Shown: positions 20,422 through 30,000 of the stretch, in pieces
Layout of the letters: the number at the start of each line of letters is the position of its first letter
Position numbering within the stretch: the first letter of the stretch is position 1
DNA from: Candidatus Poribacteria bacterium
GTDB lineage: Bacteria; Poribacteria; WGA-4E; PCPOR2b
NCBI GenBank assembly: GCA_965215015.1
Contig: OZ244042.1
Location: 4,000,001 to 4,064,000, forward strand
Direction of reading: 5' to 3'
Length of the DNA stretch: 64,000 nucleotides
The notes under the pieces: model-generated
The model's input: the letters and a program-made list of their open reading frames with translations, nothing else
Database searches by the model: none
Told to the model about the DNA's origin: nothing
Program-made: the position numbers and the translations under genes

Positions 20422-22338
20422 TCACCGGGGAATGATAGGCATCACAATGCGCGAAGGACGATTGCGGTCCAAGTACACTGTATTTTGTGCTACGACAGTA
20501 TGCGTATGTCGCCCCATCGGCTCGCCGGTGTTCGGGTTGATGTCGAATCGTGGGAAGTTGCTGCTCGATATATCTACCCGAATCCGGTGCCCTACCTTGA
20601 ATAGATTACAAGTCGGTGGCAAGGCAATCTGGACCTGATACACCTCACCCGGTTCCATCAACTTCGCCTGTTCCCAACCGTCCCGGTAACGGGTACGGAT
20701 AATAGAGTCAACAAGATTCATGTGGTAGCCAGCGGGATAATCCTCGTTCGGCGGATAGACATCAATTAGCTTTGCTGTGAAGTCAGTGTCTACCGCCGAA
20801 GACGAAATCCACAACTTCACCACCATTGCTCCCGTAATCTCAATGTCTTTATTTAACGGGAAAGTCTGAAACACGAGAACATCGGGTCTCGCCGCAAGGG
20901 GGAGATACGGCGGTTTAGCCCCGACGATGCCGGGCTCTTCCTTCTGGTGTGCTGCACCATCCATAATAATGCTGCACATCCGTGCTCTGGGTGGTGTGTA
21001 CTGGGGTGCCATCCCTTCTCCTAAGGCTACCTGTTCGTAGAATCCTGTGACATTTGCAGCGATGGTCGGCACCGGATTGTCTGGATCATGGAGGAAACGG
21101 ACGGGCTGGGCATTCTCTCCCGGCATGTTCGGGTTCAACTTCCCACCGGTGTGGAGGTAATAGATGGTGTATTTCGTGCGGTTAGGGGGCCACTCCATTT
21201 CTGACCGCCACACACCGCCGTGGTTCAAACGTCCTTCGCTGTTGCGCCTGCCATCGCCTCCGCCCATCACAAAGATGCGTACTGGTGGGTCATCCTCCAA
21301 CCCATTGGGGATATCTTTCAACCAGCGATCGAACCAGCGGAGACGCTCTTTATTATATATTTGGTCGCCCCATGCAGCATCGGGCCCGAAGTCCACATCG
21401 CCTACGTATGAGGCTCCAGCACCACGCATGGCCCCGTGATTCCAGGGCCCGATCACCAGGCGTTGGGGTGTCTTGTTCTGCTTGCACATGGTCACAAAGT
21501 AGTTCGTTGTCGCAACTGAGAAGGGATCGTACCAACCACCACTGAAAACCGAAGGGGCATCTATATGTCGATCGAAGTAACGCTCTTGGTCACAACAATC
21601 CTGCTGCCAAAATTCATCATACTCACCACGATAGTAGTAGTTGAAAAGGGTCTGCTCAAGGTTGGGAACCACTGCCAGGGGCGTATGTCCTGGCTTGAAG
21701 GGGGTTGAATAGACCAGCTCGCGCATACGCTCCATCGCCTGAGCAATTGAATTCTTCGCTACGGGGTTGTCCCGAATCTCCTGTGAATCGTGGGCGTGTA
21801 GGAACAGAGCACCGAACATGTGGAGTGCCATCGCCCCGCCCTCACGTGCCTCGTGTGCGTAGATGTTGGTGGGTCCCACATCCTGCCACATCGCTGTCAG
21901 GTGCGGCGGCTGGTAAAGTGCCATCACGCTCTGGATAATCGCGCCGTGTGAACTGCCCACCGTCCCCACGCGCCCATTCGACCAAGGTTGGGCAGCGATC
22001 CACTCGACGGTATCGTACCCATCGGGGCCTTCATTGACATTGGCTGTGTGGAAGTATTGCCCTGTGCCTTCGGAACGCTGGCGTCCGCGCAAGTCTTGGA
22101 TGACCGTCACGTATCCGTGCCGGGTAAAGTACTCAGCCACCGGCTCCACCCACATCTGTGGACTGTTCTTGTCGTATGATGTACGCCCCAGAATGGCGGG
22201 AAATGTGCCGGAAACTAGCCTTCCATCGAGGGTGGGTCGATAGATGTCGGTCGCTAATCGAACTCCATCGCGCATCGGCACCATTACGTCCTTAAATATG
22301 ACAATCCCGTACTTCGGTTCTGATCTGTTCATAGGCAT
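20422..22338 (-). CDS. CocE/NonD family hydrolase
   Basis: MRDGVRLATDIYRP, QDLRG, GSSHG nucleophile elbow, GWYD, GPWNHG, SSSNFPRFD. Confidence 0.93.
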   Translation of the reverse strand: MPMNRSEPKYGIVIFKDVMVPMRDGVRLATDIYRPTLDGRLVSGTFPAILGRTSYDKNSPQMWVEPVAEYFTRHGYVTVIQDLRGRQRSEGTGQYFHTANVNEGPDGYDTVEWIAAQPWSNGRVGTVGSSHGAIIQSVMALYQPPHLTAMWQDVGPTNIYAHEAREGGAMALHMFGALFLHAHDSQEIRDNPVAKNSIAQAMERMRELVYSTPFKPGHTPLAVVPNLEQTLFNYYYRGEYDEFWQQDCCDQERYFDRHIDAPSVFSGGWYDPFSVATTNYFVTMCKQNKTPQRLVIGPWNHGAMRGAGASYVGDVDFGPDAAWGDQIYNKERLRWFDRWLKDIPNGLEDDPPVRIFVMGGGDGRRNSEGRLNHGGVWRSEMEWPPNRTKYTIYYLHTGGKLNPNMPGENAQPVRFLHDPDNPVPTIAANVTGFYEQVALGEGMAPQYTPPRARMCSIIMDGAAHQKEEPGIVGAKPPYLPLAARPDVLVFQTFPLNKDIEITGAMVVKLWISSSAVDTDFTAKLIDVYPPNEDYPAGYHMNLVDSIIRTRYRDGWEQAKLMEPGEVYQVQIALPPTCNLFKVGHRIRVDISSSNFPRFDINPNTGEPMGRHTHTVVAQNTVYLDRNRPSRIVMPIIPR

Positions 22339-22973
22339 TACAATCCTTGCAGAAATGGGTTCTCACGTTTTTCTTTCCCGATTGTGGTGCGTGGCCCGTG
22401 TCCAGGGCAAACGATTGTGTCGTCGTCTAGCTGCCAGAGCTGTTCCCGGATTGAGTCCAGTAACTGTTCATAATCTCCACCCCACAGATCTGTGCGTCCA
22501 ATACTGCCCTGAAAAAGCGTATCACCTGCGAAAAGAATCTGTTTTCCTTCGAGGTTTAGACAGACACCGCCGGGACTATGTCCGGGGGTTTCAATCACGG
22601 ATAGCGTATACTGTCCCCAATCAATTCTATCTCCTTCACAGATGTACTTGTCTACAGTTGGGGGTTCTGGTGCTGTGAATCCAAACATTGTGCCCTGTAG
22701 TGTCAGATTATCCAAGAGAATCTGGTCTGCTTCGTGGATGAGAACCGGCGCGCCCGTCTCTCGTTGGATGACAGCCGTGGCAGAAACATGGTCTAGATGT
22801 CCGTGCGTGTGTATCAGATATTTGAGCGTCAATTGGTGCGCTTCCAGTATTTTAAGGCTGCCGGCTTCGTCCCCTGGGTCAATCACAACGGCTGTCTGCG
22901 TTTCACTGCAGCCGAGAATCCAACAATTTGACTCGAAAGGTGGAACAACCAGACATTCCAATATCAATTTCAT
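22338..22973 (-). CDS. MBL-fold metallohydrolase (glyoxalase II-like)
   Basis: THGHLDH, TPGHSPG, GDTLF, PGHG; overlaps the CocE start. Confidence 0.93.
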   Translation of the reverse strand: MKLILECLVVPPFESNCWILGCSETQTAVVIDPGDEAGSLKILEAHQLTLKYLIHTHGHLDHVSATAVIQRETGAPVLIHEADQILLDNLTLQGTMFGFTAPEPPTVDKYICEGDRIDWGQYTLSVIETPGHSPGGVCLNLEGKQILFAGDTLFQGSIGRTDLWGGDYEQLLDSIREQLWQLDDDTIVCPGHGPRTTIGKEKRENPFLQGL

Positions 22974-23483
22974 TAGTTCACCCCAAAAAATTTTATCATA
23001 TCAGTTTTCACTTGTCTATGTTATATCAACCCAAGTTACTAGGTTCCGTTGACAGTTGACAAATTGAAGCAATATTGATACATCTGAGGTAGTATTTTGG
23101 ATAGACTCAAACACCTAATCAAGCATCGGGACTAAGAAGCCTCGATAGATCGGGATTAAGAAACTTGTGGTTACCCCACTGTAGGTTGGTTGGCAAAAAT
23201 CGAAAATATCTAGAACATTGCACAATAGTCATGGCTCAATTCACCGTATACTATTACGCAACAGTGGGTATTTTGTCAAGATATGAATCTCGACCGACTT
23301 ACAGCATCTGCAGAAAATTGGCTACAGCAAAAAGTCAACACGCCCTAGTTGTTGTTCTGATGCCTATTTGAATACGGTACCTGGAATGTAATGCATAAGA
23401 AGGTCATTATAGGTTCATTAGTTCATTAACCCACTGAACACTAGATATACAGAAATAGGTTGATGAATGATCGAACAGTGGTT

Positions 23484-23508
23484 ACGGCATACGGAGTGTG
23501 CCTACTAC
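23484..23508 (-). repeat. REP-like palindrome family 2 (GTAGTAGGCACACTCCGYGTGCCGT)
   Basis: Copies at 43499-43523, 55907-55932, 56566-56590 and 62444-62469. Confidence 0.8.
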
Positions 23509-23927
23509 TAGCAACTTGGATTAGTATAACGGTAGCTTCCTGTGTTCAAGCGGTTACGGTCGTTTTGTATGAAACGGAAAAATGCACCCATTTTCCACGC
23601 GAAAACGGTGATATAGTACCTCACGAGTGGAGCGGTAGTTTTCTGTGTTCACTTAAGGGAATTGCATCTGCTATAGAAATTATGCAGCAGGAACCATAGG
23701 TTAGGAACCCCCGATTTCATCGAGGGCAAGTGCTGTGGCTAGGGGATGCCAAAGTCGTATACACTATTTACAGGCGATTGCCTTGTAACCTTAGCAGGTA
23801 TCTATTTTCATTTCAATTTGGAAGGATGGAAACAGAAAGAAAAAGGGAAGGAAGCGTGGAGCGGCACGGTTCAACAGAAGTATTATCGGAAAGTCTATTT
23901 ATCGGTCAAATCCCAAACCTTACAGAG

Positions 23928-23959
23928 AGGGGACTGCTTCTATTGAGAGGTAGTCCCCT
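23928..23959. terminator. Hairpin, likely terminator of the kinase-like gene
   Basis: AGGGGACTGCTTCT-ATTG-AGAGGTAGTCCCCT, 15 bp past the stop codon. Confidence 0.55.
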
Positions 23960-23973
23960 TCGTTGTTAAAGTG

Positions 23974-24552
23974 CTAGAATTGCCAATTGCTAATTAATAG
24001 GTGCATTGCCAACCCTGATATTAAGGGCATCGCTACGTTATCGTCTACTCCAAGGGGTAAGAGTTCGATTAATGTTGCAACGATTGCCCCGGTGATTGCG
24101 ACGGCCGGGTGGAACCTCATTAGTAGTGCAATCACCGTGCACACAACGAAACAAGCGAGGCTGCCCTCTAAGCTTTTTCGGGAAAAGAGTTTAATCCGTC
24201 CCCACTGCTTCCCAATCAACGCTGCAAACAGGTCCCCCAAGGTAAGGAAGCCAAGACAAACGATTGCCAGCGTTTTATCAAAGAAAAGTATGCAGAGAAA
24301 GGATCCGATAAGGTAGTACGTGGTCCCGGTGAGCCCGCCCCTCCGCTCTTGGGAACGCAGCATCGGGGAAAAGATACGTACGAATATAACCCGAAATGCA
24401 GGGAGAAATACCTTGAGCAGCTCAACCCCAAGAACAATAGCTAGGAGCCCCCCGACAGCAATAATGGCCGTGTAACGTGTGGTGAAGATGTACAGGATAG
24501 GAAAGACCAATCCTAAAAGGTGGATACTTTTGCGTCTTAACTCTCGTGCCAT
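23974..24552 (-). CDS. Dolichol/phytol kinase-like membrane protein (CTP-dependent polyprenol/DAG kinase family)
   Basis: ELRRKSIH, GDLFAALIG, KSLEGS, DDN motifs; multiple TM helices. Confidence 0.88.
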   Translation of the reverse strand: MARELRRKSIHLLGLVFPILYIFTTRYTAIIAVGGLLAIVLGVELLKVFLPAFRVIFVRIFSPMLRSQERRGGLTGTTYYLIGSFLCILFFDKTLAIVCLGFLTLGDLFAALIGKQWGRIKLFSRKSLEGSLACFVVCTVIALLMRFHPAVAITGAIVATLIELLPLGVDDNVAMPLISGLAMHLLISNWQF

Positions 24553-24600
24553 GATGTCATCGCCTACTTTCCAAATTATATTCTTAGACGATTACAAATT

Positions 24601-24617
24601 AGCAAGAATTATGCCAG
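24601..24617 (-). promoter_or_regulatory. Sigma-54 (-24/-12) promoter
   Basis: Minus strand CTGGCATAATTCTTGCT fits TGGCAY-N5-TTGCW, ~50 bp upstream of the ATG at 24552. Confidence 0.7.
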
Positions 24618-24807
24618 CCAATATATGCTTCGGAAGGTTCAAAAACAGAGGGGCAAACTGCAAAACCTGCCTAAGTACGCGCTATTCACTACGCAAAATT
24701 TACGAGAGTATGCAAAATTTGCACAGAAAAAGAGAGATAAACAAAGCAGAAAGAATGACAGTTACCAAGGGGTTGCAACCTGCCTTTTTCCCGGTATGTT
24801 ATATACA

Positions 24808-25626
24808 TCATGCCGCTTCAAGCACATTTTCCGGGAGATTCTCTAACCGTCCCATCCAGTAGCCCACATCGAATTTGTCATTCCCAATTAAGAACCGCCA
24901 GAACTTAATCCGGTTGACAATCTCCAGACGGACATCATTGCCGTACCACTTATGATTTTTGCCCAGAATGCCCGAAATTGATGGCTCCTCGATATCGTCG
25001 GTATTCCAGAGACACATCTGGCGCACCGTTGGATTCAGCCTCAGCTTGAACATATATCGCGTGCGGTCGGTCAGATTGGGTTGAGCACAATGCCAGATAC
25101 CGTGATGGACCACTAAGATTGTACCAGCGTGGCACACGACTGGCAGCTGCTCTAGGAAGTTGTGATACCGAGCTACGTCCGTCTCGCAGATGCGGCGATA
25201 GTGGCTGCCGGGCAAGATCATGGTGCCACCCATCTCGCGCGGCGTATCGTGCGCGAAATAAAAGAACTGAATGTCAAAGTGCAGGCGGGTGTCAATAATC
25301 GCATCCGCATGCCAAATCTGCCCTCTGTCGTTACCGGCGTTGACAATGTGGACGGCGTGGTGATCGTAAAGCGGATCAGGTCCAACAAGGCTGTGGATAA
25401 TTCCTTGAACTTCAGGGAGCCGAAAGACAGACCCAATGGGCGAAGATTCGGGCCAAACTTCACTCAAGGGAGTGCCGGCGGTCCCACGTCCAATGCCGTG
25501 GTCTTCCATCTCTGCGTGGACAGCTTCATTTAGTGCTGTAGGAACCAACTCATCGAAGCGAAGATATCCATCAGCCACGAAATTTGCCATCTGTTTGGAG
25601 CTCAGCAAATACTGTCTGTCAATCAT
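24808..25626 (-). CDS. Phytanoyl-CoA dioxygenase (PhyH) family protein
   Basis: FVADGYL, WHAD, ILPGSH, IWH; start MIDRQY overlaps the upstream stop, with a GGAGG SD. Confidence 0.88.
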   Translation of the reverse strand: MIDRQYLLSSKQMANFVADGYLRFDELVPTALNEAVHAEMEDHGIGRGTAGTPLSEVWPESSPIGSVFRLPEVQGIIHSLVGPDPLYDHHAVHIVNAGNDRGQIWHADAIIDTRLHFDIQFFYFAHDTPREMGGTMILPGSHYRRICETDVARYHNFLEQLPVVCHAGTILVVHHGIWHCAQPNLTDRTRYMFKLRLNPTVRQMCLWNTDDIEEPSISGILGKNHKWYGNDVRLEIVNRIKFWRFLIGNDKFDVGYWMGRLENLPENVLEAA

Positions 25627-25903
25627 CAATTTCCTCCATTTTTTCGAGAATGTATTCAAATCTGAGATATGAGGTATGGTATTCCATGCCCGGATAGGCG
25701 GGGAATTGCTGCGGGAATTGAACTACGCGCCAGCCGTGCTGCATCGCTTCGACGGCGGAATTATAGGGCGGTTTGTCGCTATCGCCTGTTGTAGGACTCG
25801 TTTTTCCTGTCCCATCATACATTGACCAAGCGACGACATGGCTGTTCAAATCTGGTGTGTGCAGATAAAGCACGAGAATTTTTTGGCGTAACTGCGGCAT
25901 CAC
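25619..25903 (-). CDS. Small hypothetical protein translationally coupled to PhyH
   Basis: 94 aa of globular-looking sequence (PPYNSAVEAMQHGWRVVQFP); stop overlaps the PhyH start. Confidence 0.75.
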   Translation of the reverse strand: MMPQLRQKILVLYLHTPDLNSHVVAWSMYDGTGKTSPTTGDSDKPPYNSAVEAMQHGWRVVQFPQQFPAYPGMEYHTSYLRFEYILEKMEEIDD

Positions 25904-26185
25904 TCTACCTTTCGGATTGCTTTGAAACTCAATATTGATTTTGCTAGCCCATAGGAAGCAATTTGGATTACTATATCATAATTTCCCTTACTGTTCAAGC
26001 ATGAATCAGTGAACCTGCACAGATGAACCATTAAACAGAAAAAGTAGGTTTTAAGTAACTGAATATGATATAATTTATCGCAATTAACAGAAACAGGCTT
26101 GACTTTTTGGCGTATTTTTGCGATAATGATATGAGATAATAATATCATCTAACCCCTCATGAATACATGACTAAAGGAGTCAAGC

Positions 26186-26479
26186 ATGAATTTACTTGAG
26201 ATTGTCGAGCGATTTTCGACTCATGAAAATTGTATGAAGCACCTCGAAAACGTCCGGTGGGGAGAGACCCCGGCGTGTCCCCATTGTGGGAGTGATAGAG
26301 TTGCCAGAAAACGTGAAAATGATAAAATTGGGCGATGGAATTGCCACCAATGCAAGTCGAGTTTCAATGTTTTGTCCGGCACCCTGTTTCAAGGGACTAA
26401 GATTTCACTCACGAAGTGGTTTGTTGGGATTGCCTTGATGGTAGAGGCCAAGAAAAGCCTGTCCACATGTAGATGGTGA
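26186..26479 (+). pseudogene. Truncated IS1595-family transposase (Zn-ribbon N-terminus only)
   Basis: C..HLE.VRW...CPHCGS...WNCHQCKSSFNVLSGTLFQGTK; ends before the DDE domain; promoter TTGACT-17-GATAAT at 26099-26127. Confidence 0.85.
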
Positions 26480-26717
26480 GTCAGAAATTTCGCCATGCCC
26501 AGCGAAACGGTGTTGCCCAACAGGTTAGACATCAAATGTCTCCTATAGGTAAGGCGACTTAGGATTGCCATGAATTATTCACAACGATTGGCAAGTTCAC
26601 TCATAGAATATCACAAAAACAATAGCAAACACAATAGATTGTTAAGTCTAAAACTATTAAATGCGTTAATTAAAGCCCTACCGTCTCCCGTATTTCCTCC
26701 CTACATTTTCCATCTAA

Positions 26718-26931
26718 GAATCTGTTTTAAGAAGCAAGGAATTCCCCCACGGTACAGTGGATTTGTCAATCTACTGCGAGCGGTGTCGCAGGATAGGGAT
26801 TGGATCTCCCAACCCCATCGGGCTTGGAAACCAAGCACCTACCATTGACCTGACACGTTTTACCGAATATAACGAGAATGTGCCCTCAAATTACGACCAC
26901 TTTTCTGTTAAATGACTCTTCAAACAGACTC
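26718..26931. mobile_element. IS5-like MITE, copy 1
   Basis: TIRs GAATCTGTTTTAAGA / TCTTCAAACAGACTC flanked by a TAA duplication; internal homology to 41073-41325. Confidence 0.7.
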
Positions 26932-26969
26932 TAAGTGCACATACAACTTTAAAAAAAATGTTATGGTTT

Positions 26970-26998
26970 TTGACTTTTTGTAAGACGTGATATATACT
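26970..26998 (+). promoter_or_regulatory. Sigma-70 promoter of the giant protein gene
   Basis: TTGACT-N17-TATACT, 70 bp upstream of the ATG. Confidence 0.65.
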
Positions 26999-27068
26999 CT
27001 TATCATTGTTTTCTTCGGGGTGTATTCAAACAGATCATATTTCACGGCTGTAAGGAGATCTGACGCCT

Positions 27069-30000
27069 ATGACCTTAAAATACCTGATACTCGGCGGAAG
27101 TGCCTTGCTTCTCGGATTCCTGTTTTTTCCGCGTGGGGCGGTTGTACCGGTTGCCGATCAAGATTTTATCGCCCCTATTCGTACCCTCGATAATGAACCC
27201 CTCCACTACACTGGCATTCTGCGAACGGATCCGATTGTCACAACGTATGATTTAGGGTTTGTCTATAAAATTGATAAAGCAGAAATCCACTTTGAGAACC
27301 CCGATGAGAGCGGTCCCGGGCAGTATGACATCCTTGTCCATACCGATCGCGCTGGGCAACGGTTTGAACGGGCTTTTTCTTATACGGGCAGTTCTCGCGA
27401 ATATACATATCCCCTACAGGCCCTCCCCCTTCCGATTGAAGCACGCTGGGTGCAAGTCGTCATCAACGACTGGTTCAGTAACAAGCCACAACTGCAAAAA
27501 GATACGTTTCGCGTCGGTCCCCGCTATCAGTCCCATAGTCCAATTCTAGTACTTGACGCAAACTACAACGCTACTGAGCTCCAGCAGCTGGGGGATTTGC
27601 TTCCCTTTGAAAGCTCCAAATGGGTTGCGGCACAACGGATAGAGAAAGAGGTAAGGCAGGGAGACGGAAAAAAAGCGACAGAAATTTCCTATAAGAGGCC
27701 AACAAGCGCGATTCACGTGACCGGCGATCTCGGGTCGAATCAGAAAATCTACGGTGTACGGCTGACAACAGATGGGCCCGGAAACAACCTCAAGCGGTAT
27801 CAATTTTCCGTCAGCGATGACGGACGGGCCTACACAGAAGTCTATGTATCCCATACACTCGCTGATGAGGTTGCTACACACTTCCGTCAATTCCAGATGC
27901 CAATATCGGGACGTTATATCCGTCTGCAAATTGAACAGGGGGATTGGTACGGAGATTATCCTGAGATTCGAGAGCTTGAGGTTTTCACAGACACCTACCG
28001 GCTGCCTCCTCTGATTAACGCCAGATTAGATGAGTACAACGCAGTGCAGATGCACTATGAAAATCTGGGTGAAGGTGGAAACGCCTTGGCACCCCATTTG
28101 GTCCAAGGCTTCGCGTTTGATAGGGACGTAGGCGATGAAAGCCGTTACCGGCTACCGGAAGGCGACGCCTCAGATGCAGTGGAGGCGGGCAATACACCGA
28201 GCCAGAGGAGCTTTGCTTACCATTACGATACTGTCAGTCTCAGATTCACCGATCTGCAGCCATCGTTGTTATACTGGCTGAAAGTAACCTATCTTCAGGA
28301 AAAGGGTGGCATCCGGATACAGAACCTTGATGTTGACGGCTTTCTGCTGCACGGCGCACTCGTCCTTCCGAGAGGCAGGGCGGAGTCCTATACCTACGCG
28401 ATTCCAAGTGAGGCTTATACCGATGGCGAGATTGGCCTCCACTTTAACCGTTTGGCCGGTCCGAATGCAGCGGTTTCGGAGGTTTCTATCTTTGAAGCCC
28501 ATCCAACTACCGGAGTAGACCACGCCCACACTGAATCGGCAGAATTGAATGGCACAACAATCGGGCAGGCGATTCGTATGAGCGAAAAAGTTGTGATTGA
28601 TGGAACGCTAGATGAGTGGCCGTTGCTCTACCCAATGCTTTCTCAGGGCTACGACAACCCTGCGGATTCGCCTGTAGTGCTCTACGCACAGTGGGATGAT
28701 GATAATCTGTATATTGCAGGAATCATCAACCGACACGCTGAGCCCAATCCAAAACCGCGAAAATCCAGGGGTAACGAGGCATTGCATCTATTTGTCGATA
28801 CGACGCTGAGGCAATCCCCGGGTATGTATACCTCCAGTGAGCACCACCTTGTTTTTACCATTCTCGATCCACATCGTCCGCAGCCCCGGGTACATCCGTC
28901 TCAGATACATCATCACCTTGACGCCATCCCGAAAAACATCGACTTTCACGAGCATATCGAAGCGCAGGCTGCGAAAACGAAGACGGGGTATATCGTTGAA
29001 GCCAGAATTCCTAAAGATTTGGTGTTAAATGCGTTTCAACCAGCGATTGACCGTTCTATCGGCCTCAATTACATCATGGTCAACCTCAATCTAGCGAAGG
29101 GCCCATCTGGATGGTTCGCATACGCTTCGGACGAGCTTACTGCTCCGCCAAGCCGCTGGAATGAAGTTGAACTTGTAAACCGAGTCAGCGGGAGTACGAT
29201 GTTAATGGATGCGCGTGCAGCCCAATCAATTACGTCGTTTAATGCCGGCGATACGCTGACCCTCTGTGTGTGGGACGCTGACCGGAATACAGATCGGCAT
29301 CAGGTGGAATGGATCGAGGCCAAATTGCGAAATGATACAAGCCGCCAATCGATGCCAATTGTCCTCCATGAGTCCGATTTTACCTCGCTCACTGATGATA
29401 ATCCGAATAACGATTTCGATCGGAACAGTTCCCTCTTTGCGGCGAAGATTGCTACTGCTTATGGTGGAAGCGTGGAAGGTGGGGCAGATTCGCAAACGCT
29501 TTTTGTGCGTGGTGGGGAGACGGTCTCTTTGAGATATATCGATCCCTACTATAGCAGTACCCAACAAGACCGCACCGTGAGCACCACTGTGGGAGTGAAC
29601 ATTGGGTTGACCGGAACAATCGCAATCACGACGAAGTCTGGCGAACCCGTCGAGGCGTTCCAGCTGGGTGAAACCCTGTACATACAGGTCGAAGATTCCG
29701 ATCTGCTCAAGGAAATTGGTAAATCGGCAGATCAAGCGGTTGGCGCATTGACACCCCACGATATGGGGATAATTGTCCAACTGGTTGTACCTGAAACAGG
29801 CGAGACTGAACCTGTTAAGCTGACCTACCAACCGGAGCAGAGACGCTATGTCGGATCGATTGCTACAGGGTATAGTAAGGCTCCAGCACCGAATGATGGG
29901 CGTTTGGATGCATTAGGTGAGCAGATAGCGGCAGCAATATATATAGATAAGATTCAATCCACCGGCGAAACAAACGTCCCGGTGAGTGCACAGGCAAGCG

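Noticed and set aside
23165-23969. Short ORFs in the 1-kb gap (e.g. 23746-23946 MPKSYTLFTGDCL, methyltransferase-like start)
   Set aside because: Similarity is limited to a few residues and the region is dominated by REPs and short repeats
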